Assembly (NCBI GenBank): GCA_964016885.1
Contig: OZ024762.1
Coordinates: forward strand, 11,904,001-11,968,000
DNA: 64,000 nt
Direction of reading: 5' to 3'
Source of the DNA: Eledone cirrhosa
Taxonomy: Eukaryota
In this document: positions 42,249-52,689 of the stretch, piece by piece
How positions within the stretch are numbered: the first letter of the stretch is position 1
Layout: every line of letters starts with the position of its first letter
Notes under the pieces: generated by a model
Seen by the model: only the letters and a program-made list of their open reading frames with translations
The model's database searches: none
Told to the model about the DNA's origin: nothing
Translations under genes and position numbers: made by a program

Positions 42249-45200
42249 GTCGGGTTGCAGGTAAATCTTGCCTTGGGCAGATCGACGGAGAAACATGTGT
42301 AATATGTTAATAAATCTGATATGATGCAACATTGATTCCTCGTTCTTTATAATAAATGTGTGTGTGTGTCTGTGTGTGCATGCGTGTGTGTGTGTGTGTG
42401 TGTGTGTGCGTGCGTGAGAGTCCCAGGTTCAAACAGAGGTAACCACAGAGAATATACAACAAAGTTAATATAGAAATGGTTTCTACAGGACTAGAACTGC
42501 TTCATTCAATGCCAGTTGGCTTTCCTGATGATTTCCTTCGAATGAAACAGTTCCAGTCGTGTAGAAGCCATTTCTATATTGAATGTGTTATATATATATA
42601 ATGCTTAAAGGGCTCGAGTTTGACCACCAAGCAGTAGATTCTATAATAATATCTACACTACTTTCCTTAAGTATGAAATACTAAGTTGTATAGTGGTCTT
42701 ACAGGCCTTAACTAGTAACATCTCATCTATTTACATACATCAGGGTTTCACAAACTTTTTCAAATGTGGAACCCTTCTTGGTTCAGAAACTTTAGGGGGA
42801 ACCCCAAAGTCTAATACTGTTATATGGTCATAATATAAATATACTCCTTTACCTTTTTTTTTTTATGGAACCCCAGACATTCATTTGCAGAACCCTTGGA
42901 TTCCACAGATCCCACTTTGGGAATCACTGACCTACATAAAGACTATAGAGTGGAGCTAAAGTTCACTAGGGTACAGGCCTTCATACTGAAAACATCTCGG
43001 TCTGTTCCCTTGTCTTTGGATTGCTTTGCATTAACAATGTAACTTTATTAGATAAGATGTAGTCTGATGATGTAGCATTACTGGTTGTGAGATTGAAGCA
43101 TCATGTAGTCATGAACGCCAATGAAATATGTATTACGGGTTTATGAATAAAGGAATTTTGAACATCTAAATTGGACTTTCGCAAATAACCTTATTTTATC
43201 TATATAAACGGTTGTGCTTCTCTGCAGAATTGGGTAGATCTATGGTCGAAGGATATTTTTCCAAAGTGCTGCATTTTGTTGGAACTGGGCAACATTTCAG
43301 GCGTTGGGCCATACTTACTTCCTGAACTACCTTCAATTGGAACAGGGGTACTAAAGGGTTCATTCGGGGGATGTCTATGTGGATCTGAAATCAGGAAACA
43401 TCGAGAAGAAAGAAAGGAAAAAAAAAAAAAGAAAAAGGAAAATAAAATAAACACACAAACAAAACAATGAACCTTAATTCCAAGGATGCAGCATATAGGT
43501 AATGAAAGGTGTAAAATACACAGGTGCAAAATATACAGGTGATGTAATACTATGAATAATTATTGGAGCATAAAATAGAATGACTGTTAACTTATAACCT
43601 TAGCTATAGTATACATGCAATGATGGTGATGATGATGATGATGATGAAGAAGATGGCGATGATTACAAGGATGATGATGAAGATGATGGTGATAATGGTT
43701 TCTGATTTAGGCACCAGGCTAGCAAATTTGGGCGGGGGTTGGTGAAAGAGTTGATTAAATCAACCCCAGTACATGACTGGTACTTTATTTTATTAAGCCC
43801 CAAAAGGATCAAAGGCAATAATTGTGTCTATTTTAGGCACAAGGCCAACAATTTATGTGGGGAGAGGGGAAGTCAATTAGACTGACCCCAGCACATTACT
43901 GGTACTTTATTTTATCGACCCTGGAAGGACGAAAGGCAAAGCTGACCCCAGGAGGATTTAAACTGAGAATGTAGTTACTCCAGGTAGAGCTGCTACTTCT
44001 CCAAAGTGAGAGATCACAGCTCTGATGCTATGGACATGTGGTTAGAATGTCTCAGGAAAGAATCACTGGACAGATTTCACAGGCAAAACCAACTGGCAGG
44101 AGACCCAGGGGGTAGACCTTGAGCTTCTGCTAATCTACCATCAACAACAGCAACAACAAACAATAACGAGCATTGTTAACGAACATGGTCAGAAATTTGA
44201 GAAGGAGATGCAACACTGGTAGTGGTGGTGGTGGTGGTGGTGGTGGTGGTGTGGTCATAGTGATGATGATGGGGGTGGTGGTGGTGGCAGTGGTGGTGGT
44301 GGTGTGGTCATAGTGATGATGATGGTGGTGGTGGCAGTGGTGGTGGTATGGTCATGGTGGTGGTGGTGGTGGTGTGGTCATAGTGATGATGATGATGGTG
44401 GTGGTGGCAGTGGTGGTGTGGTCATAGTGATGATGATGATGGTGGTGGTGGCAGTGGTGGTGGTATGGTCATGGTGGTGGTGGTGTGGTCATAGTGATGA
44501 TGATGATGGTGGTGGTGGCAGTGGTGCTGGTATGGTCATGGTGGTGGTGGTGGTGGTGGTGGTGGTGTGGTCATAGTGATGATGATGATGGTGGTGGTGG
44601 TGGCAGTGGTGGTGGTATGGTCATGGTGGTGGTGGTGTGGTCATAGTGATGATGATGATGGTGGTGGTGGCAGTGGTGCTGGTATGGTCATGGTGGTGGT
44701 GGTGGTGGTGGTGGTGTGGTCATAGTGATGATGATGATGGTGGTGGTGGCAGTGGTGGTGGTATGGTCATGGTGGTGGTGGTGGTGGTGTGGTCATAGTG
44801 ATGATGATGATGATGATGATGGTGGTGGCAGTGGTGGTGGTATGGTCATGGTGATGGGGGTAACAGTGATGATGGCCATGCTGATCGCAGTGATAGTCAT
44901 GATGGTGATGAGGGTCATGATGATGATGATAACAAAGATAAAAACTATATAAATAACAATAAGTGACAAAAAAAAACAAAACAAAACAATAAAAAGACCC
45001 AGCCAAAAAGAAATAGACAACAACAACAACAATTTGACAAGCGGGGTTCTCTCGGGTCCCAAATAATAGGGTGGGTGCTGGAATAAGTGGGGTTCTCTCG
45101 GGTCCTAAATAATAGGGTGGGTGCTGGAATAAGTGGGGATTAGGGTAAAAAATCACATTTTTCCAGGTTGTCTCTGTTGAATATTTTTAAAAAACCAGAA

Positions 45201-48200
45201 TTAGTCGTTTAGTTTACATATTGAGACCCCCCAAGCCATCATATTTATTTTATAACATACTGAGACCTTCCAACCTATTTATTTTATAACATATGGGATT
45301 TCTAGTAATGTATTTTTTGTCATGTATAATATAATAGAATAGAATTAAAATTTAGCTTCAAGCAGAGCTGTATACAGATATGTATTGGAATTTCGTATTT
45401 CTAAAGAAATACGGTATGTTTATAAATAAACATTTAGAAAGCCATAGCTATGCAAAAACACTGCCAGCTATCGCCCTCTGGTGGTGTCCAGCAGAAGCAA
45501 GGGGGACAATCGTCGATGCCATTCGAACTGAACTGGTTCTCGTCAGGATGATACCCACTCTCTTACAACTGCTGGACTTTGAAAATAGGTGAGAATATAT
45601 AGTTTTCTCATCTGTGTTAATGAGGTGATTAATCTCATTTGCATATGAAGCTGCATAAATTATTGAGCGGGTGGGGAGGGGGGGGGCATTATTTGAGACC
45701 CGACAGTAATTGAACGTGACAAATACAAAAATAATTATTTATACAATTTCCAAATAAAAGTGACATTCATAAAGTATAGTAGTTTCTTAACCCTTTAAAC
45801 ACTAATCTGCATGGTTGCTTGATCTGCTAGAAATAGGGTGTGATTTGAGGGACCCTTGGCTCCTGACTTAATCCTTTAGATACTACTCCATATGGCTGAA
45901 TGGCCTGCTACAAATAGGGTGTCATTTGAGGGACACTTGTCTCCTGACTTAACCCTTTAAATACCAACCTGCTCAAAACTGCCACCATTCTATGACAAAC
46001 CTCTTGTCTTAAGAGGCCCCAACACTCATGTCAGTTGTCATGTCCTTAGCATAACAGAAGAGCTTTCCCAACTGTGTTTGGCAGGTTATCTATGGCTTGA
46101 TACCCTTCCTATCAGCCACACTAGGGGGGTCATCACATCTATATCACTGTGGAACAGTCCTCTGACTGTGTTTGGCAGGTTATCTATGGCTTGATACCCT
46201 TCCTATCAGCCACACTAGGGAGGTCATCACATCTATATCACTGTGGAACAGTCCTCTGACTGTGTTTGGCAGGTTATCTATGGCTTGATACCCTTCCTAT
46301 CACCAACCACTTTACACAAGTGTACTGAGTGATTGTTTATTGTATAGATCACTAACACTAAAGAGGTTGTCATGGCTACAGCACTGCTGAAGAATCCCTC
46401 GGGCTCTTTGGCAAATTTTCTACAGCTTGATGCCACTCCTATCACCAACAACTTTACAGAGTGTACAGGGTGCATTTATCATATAAATCACCAACACTAG
46501 GAAAGTTGTCATGTCTACAGCACTGCTAAAGAGTCCTCCCGACCTTTTATATTTATCTAAAAACATTCCATCGTAATTATATGTAAGAACCTTTGTCAAG
46601 TTATGTTCCAAACACCAACTTAATAATTGTTTCTACTTTTGACACAAGGCCAGCAATTACCCCAGTGCATTACTGGTACTTTATTTTATCGACCCCCGTA
46701 AGGATGACAGGCAAAGTTAACCTCGGCAGGATTTGAACACAGAACACAAAGGGCCATAACTCTGTGCTGCAAAGCATGGTGTCTGATGTTCTACCGATTC
46801 TGCCTAATAATGAGGAAGTTACTTATATTACTAAATCCCATCAAATTTTCATTATTTAAAAAAATCTATTTGAAAATCATATGCAGCGTCTCCCATTAGA
46901 AATATAACAAAAGGATTAAAAAAAAAAAAAAGGGTCAGTGTTTGCTTTTCTTTCAGTTTTTTAGAGGGGTTTGGCATGTGTGGATTGTTTAAATCCCAAA
47001 CTGACCTGTCGAAACGTATCTTGATGTTCAACATGGTGCCGTGTACCATAATAATGTTCAACAAAACTAAAATATTCTTTCCGTTTCCTTTCCAAAGTTG
47101 GTTGCCTCCGATCATAACTAGCAGGAAGATAACCCTGGAATAAGACAAGAAAACCTTGAAAATATAATTGTGTCAGGAGTTAATTCAAATGTTTATAGTA
47201 TCTTTACTAAGAGACAGATTGTTGTGAAAATGTGCAGTATTAGAGTATAAAGAGTTTAATACATAATTGTTTCTACGTTCGGCACAAGGCCAGCAATTAC
47301 CCAGTGCATTACTGGTACTTTATTTTATCGACCCCGTAAGGATGAAAGGCAAAGTCAACCTCGGCGGGATTTGAACTCAGATCGTAAAGGGACGTAACTA
47401 TGCTGGAAAGCATGGCGTCCGGCCCTCTACCGATACTGCCAATTCACCGCCAAGAGTTTAATACATAATGGGATACAGTCACAGGGCTATTTTGTACTTT
47501 TCTAGAATGTCTTGCTAATATGGTTTCATATGGTTTGTTAATTCAATTATTTAGGGTATCTTTACTAAGAGACAGATTGTTGTGAAAATTTGCTGTATTA
47601 AAGTAAAGACTTTCATTTTTAATGTAATGCAATCATAGTTCTGTTTTGTACTTTTCTAGAATGTCTTGTTAATTTAAAGGTTTGCAGTATCTTTGCTAGT
47701 GAACAGATTGTGAAAATTGGTAGTGTTATAGTAAAAACTTCAATTTTTAATGTGATGCAATCATAGTGCTGTTTTGTACTTTTGTAAAATGTCTCGTTAA
47801 TGTGATATCATGCTATGCAAGACAATAATAATAATGAAAATTATTGTGTACAGTGCTCAGGTGCACTACAACTAAACAAATATGCATGTAAAGTACATAA
47901 AATAATGTACAAATGTTAGGAAAGTGAACAGTGTATGAGTCATGATATATACACACATACATGTGTGTATATTATATATATATATATATATAATTTGTGT
48001 ACAGTGCTCAGGTGCACTACAACTCATCAAAGGTGTATGTATAGTACATAAAATAATGCACAAATGTCAGGAAAATGAACAGTGTTCGAGTCATGATATA
48101 CAGACAGACACACACATGCGTGCGTATTTACGGAGGGGGGATATCAGGTGTAGTGTTGGCGAACTTCGGGAAGCATGGAGGTTTTAAAGGATGCAGTGTC

Positions 48201-48537
48201 CCGATAGCTAACAACTGATGCAGGTAGATTGCTCCATGTTTCAGCAACTCTGAATGTGAGCTGTACAGTTTTCTGATTTTGTAAGCATGTCTACGGGTGT
48301 TAGACATATGAAATTCAAAAAGGTGCTCAGGGTTGTTGTTGGAAAGATGGTTAACAAAAGATAAAGCTTTGTATAATCATTGGTAACAGGGAAACAGATA
48401 TTAAATGGTGATGATGATGTAAGAGAAACGATGCTTGAATTATGTAACTTACAGATAAAATTTTCCAGGCTGTGGGTCTCACTGACTTTGGTATTCCAGA
48501 CCAACTGAGTTTACGTAATTCCTCTGAAGATCAGAAA

Positions 48538-48587
<50 letters not shown>

Positions 48588-51500
48588 TAGATGGTGCCTC
48601 AGCATGGCCATAGTTACATGACTGAAACAAGTAAAAGAATAAAATAATACATAAAAAAAATACTTAGTCTACTCCATAAGGTGGTTGTGTTGCTGATATG
48701 AGAGAAAAGACACCCTGTCTACCCTATGAGGTGGTTGTGCTGGTGACAAACCAAAAAGCACCCAGTCCACCCTGTAATGGGGTTGTGCTGGTGACAAACC
48801 AAAAAGCACCCAGTCAACACTGTAACGTGGTTAGCTTTAGGAAGGGTATCCAGCTGTAGAAACCAAGCCAAAATGCAGGTCCTTTTGAGCAAGACATGGT
48901 CTCTTGACCTGACTTGTCTCATAACATGATAACCCATCTAACCCCTGCAAGCACGGAAAAATGGCTGATGACGATATACAGCAATAATAATTGTTTCTAC
49001 TTTTGGCACAAGGCCAGCAATTATCCCAATTATTTGAGACGAGACCCGAGAGTAAGTTTTAAAAGATCACTTAACCCATTAGCTTTTAAACCGGCCATAT
49101 CTGGCCAGAATTCTCTCACCTATTTAATCTGGCCATAACTGGCCACTCATACTGGTATTAAGGTATTGTTCTCAAAAGAAATAATATCAAAATCTCAAGG
49201 ATTTGATATTATGTGAGATAATTATGTGAGATAAAGTGTTTACTGTGAAAATACAATAGTATATATAGAGTATTGTAAATGTTATGCGAGATATTATGTG
49301 AGGTAAAGCCTTTACTGTGAAAATACAATAGTATATATAGAGTATTGTAAATGTTATGTGAGATATTATGTGAGGTAAAGCCTTTACTGTGAAAATACAA
49401 TAGTATATATAGAGTATTGTAAATGTTATGCGAGATATTATGTGAGGTAAAGCCTTTACTGGGAAAATACAATAGTATATATAGAGTAATGTAAATGTTA
49501 TGTGAGATATTATGTGAGGTAAAGCCTTTACTGTGAAAATACAATAGTATATATAGAGTATTGTAAATGTTATGTGAGATATTATGTGAGGTAAAGTCTT
49601 TACTGGGAAAATACAATAGTATATATAGAGTATTGTAAATGTTATGTGAGATATTATGTGAGGTAAAGCCTTTACTGTGAAAATACAATAGTATATATAG
49701 AGTATTGTAAATGTTATGTGAGATATTATGTGAGGTAAAGCCTTTACTGTGAAAATACAATAGTATATATAGAGTATTGTAAATGTTATGAGAGATATTA
49801 TGTGAGGTAAAGCCTTTACTGTGAAAATACAATAGTATATATAGAGTATTGTAAATGTTATGTGAGATATTATGTGAGGTAAAGCCTTTACTGGGAAAAT
49901 ACAATAGTATATATAGAGTAATGTAAATGTTATGTGAGATATTATGTGAGGTAAAGCCTTTACTGTGAAAATACAATAGTATATATAGAGTATTGTAAAT
50001 GTTATGTGAGATATTATGTGAGGTAAAGCCTTAACTGTGAAAATACAATAGTATATATAGAGTATTGTAAATGTTATGTGAGATATTATGTGAGGTAAAG
50101 CCTTTACTGGGAAAATACAATAGTATATATAGAGTATTGTAAATGTTATGTGAGATATTATGTGAGGTAAAGCCTTTACTGTGAAAATACAATAGTATAT
50201 ATAGAGTAATGTAAATGCTAAAGGGTTAAAATAAATAGCTTTGTACCACAGGACCAGAGGTAGTTTCGAGCAGTTTGATATCAAAAGGAAATAAATGAGG
50301 AATTCTCCTTACCTAAGTCTGCATTTGATGTTGTTAATAAAGTCTGAAATTTTTCTAATTTAGCAGATTCTCGATCTGGTACAGGTTGCTGACCAAACCG
50401 TAAAGGTGTAATTCTAGGAGGCTGCCAGTGGCTATTCAAACGAACCCCTACACCAGGTCCAGCACCTAAAGAAATGGCTGAGGGAACTGCAGTCATGTGA
50501 CAGCCTGCAATTTAAAAAAAATTGAAATAATAATAATAATAATAATAATTGTTTCTACATTTGGCACAAGGCCAGCAATTATCCCAGTGTATTATTGGGG
50601 CTTTATTTTATCGACCCTGTAAGGACGAAAGGCAAAATTTAACCTCGGCGGGATTTGAACTCAGACCACGAAAGGCCATAACTCTATGCTGCAAAGCATG
50701 GCGTCAGACCCTCTACTGATTCTGCCATTTCAATATATATAAATAAAAGTGTATAAGATAATCAAATGAAGAAAAAAGACGAAGAAAATATATTTCAGAA
50801 TAGAATTATTAGAGTTTACGCATTAGAATTACAAGTATCATATAAATTGATCCAAACAAGCTGAGATGTGCAGTTGATCCCTGCTTGTGGAGTTGACCCT
50901 TGCTTGTGGAGTTAATCCTTGCTTGTGGAGTTTGCCACTGCTTGTGGAGTTGATACAGCTGTAATTTTCATATATTGTTTTCAATTAAACTATTAACGAA
51001 TGCGATTGGTATTTTTGAGCTGATTTTATGGTTATCTGAAAGATGGATGTCAGATGTTTGGGCAGGGGCACAATTTCACTGCTAACCATAGGCACTATCT
51101 TCCCTAGTTACACCTCTGTAATAAAGTATAAGACAAACTGGCTTTGTTGTTAATCTAACAACAAAGCCAATCTAACCATAAATCTTTACAGCAAAGTTAA
51201 ACTAACAATAAAAATCCCTGGAAAAGCACCACTAACCTGATGAGGATTTAACTGGTGACCCCTGCGAGCTCCCATTAAGGGCCTGGAACTGTTTACTGTG
51301 ATTATCAAGCACAGCCCGTGCTGTTGACTGGACATCCTTTAAGGACATTTGAACATTGGCCATCAATATTAGATCATCATCCCCATCATCCCATGCATCT
51401 GATGTCTCATTTTCAAAGTCCCGGAAGGAGTCCTTCGTCTTTGTCTTCAGTTTGTCATCTTTCTTTGGTGTGCCCGGATTACTGTAACAGAAACACGGAA

Positions 51501-52644
51501 ATAAACATTGAAAAACAAACACATTAACAGGATGTAAACAAACAACTATATATCATCATCATCATCCTCATCATTGTTTAAACTTTAGCAATTAAACTAT
51601 ACTAGCAGAAAAACCACCCTTCGGGTGGTTTTCTGCTGGCATGTGTAGTGTGTGTATTGATATTATACGCAGGTATATATACATGTAGATATAATACATC
51701 AAATAAAATCATAATTGACAATATATAATACATAGAAATTGAATGAAGACTGCGTTACACTGTCTTATTTAATCAGTAACGTAATCCATGATACATTAAA
51801 AAAGACGATATTATATATAAACTGCATTAGGAGAAAATTAGTGACGGAAATATATGAATGTTTATTTAAGCGATGGCTAACCGGAAGTGTTGACATTTGA
51901 AAATTTTAAAGAAGTGAATCTTTAAATAAATAATAAAATATATTTAATCAACAGCCACAAAATTTAGTAGATAAATTATGTAATATTCATTCATTATTTA
52001 TTTATTTATTCAAAGTAATCAAACTTATTTTACAAACAGGATAAAAAAAAAAAACCGTATGCAATCCCGTAGACCTTCCTTTATTATAGTTTAGATTTAC
52101 AAAATACCATATAGTTTGAATTGAGCTTGACTAGTCTTACTTGGGGGTCCAGCCAGGTCACCTGGAGATGGTTGCTTCTGATAGGAGCCACTAGAAGGCA
52201 TAGTTGAGGACTCTACCCTCCACGACCCACCCAGGAATAAGTCAGCAAAGAAGAAGAGAAGTAGATAAGTCATTCTTATATTTTATAAACATTTACAATG
52301 TACCATATATATGTTGAATTAAGGTTTTGTAGGTCCAGTAGGTAAGTCAAACGCCAGCTTTTCATGTCTTTTCATGGTAAAAAGGTGCGACTTATATACA
52401 GGTGTATACGGTACATTTGTTTTTTGTACTTTTAGAGGATCATATTGCCAATTTAACCCTTTTGGTCAGAATTTTCTCACCTCCTCCTGTTCAAACCAGC
52501 CATACTGATGTTAAGGTATTGTTCTCAAAATATATAATATCCAAATCTCATAGATTCGATATTATGTGAGATTGAAGCCTTTACCACACATTACAGGGTG
52601 AACTGGGTAATGTTTGTCATGTCACCTTACAGAGTGGACTGTAT

Positions 52645-52689
<45 letters not shown>

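Noticed and set aside
49187-50284. 365-aa hydrophobic repeat ORF
   Set aside because: 72-bp tandem array inside a MITE
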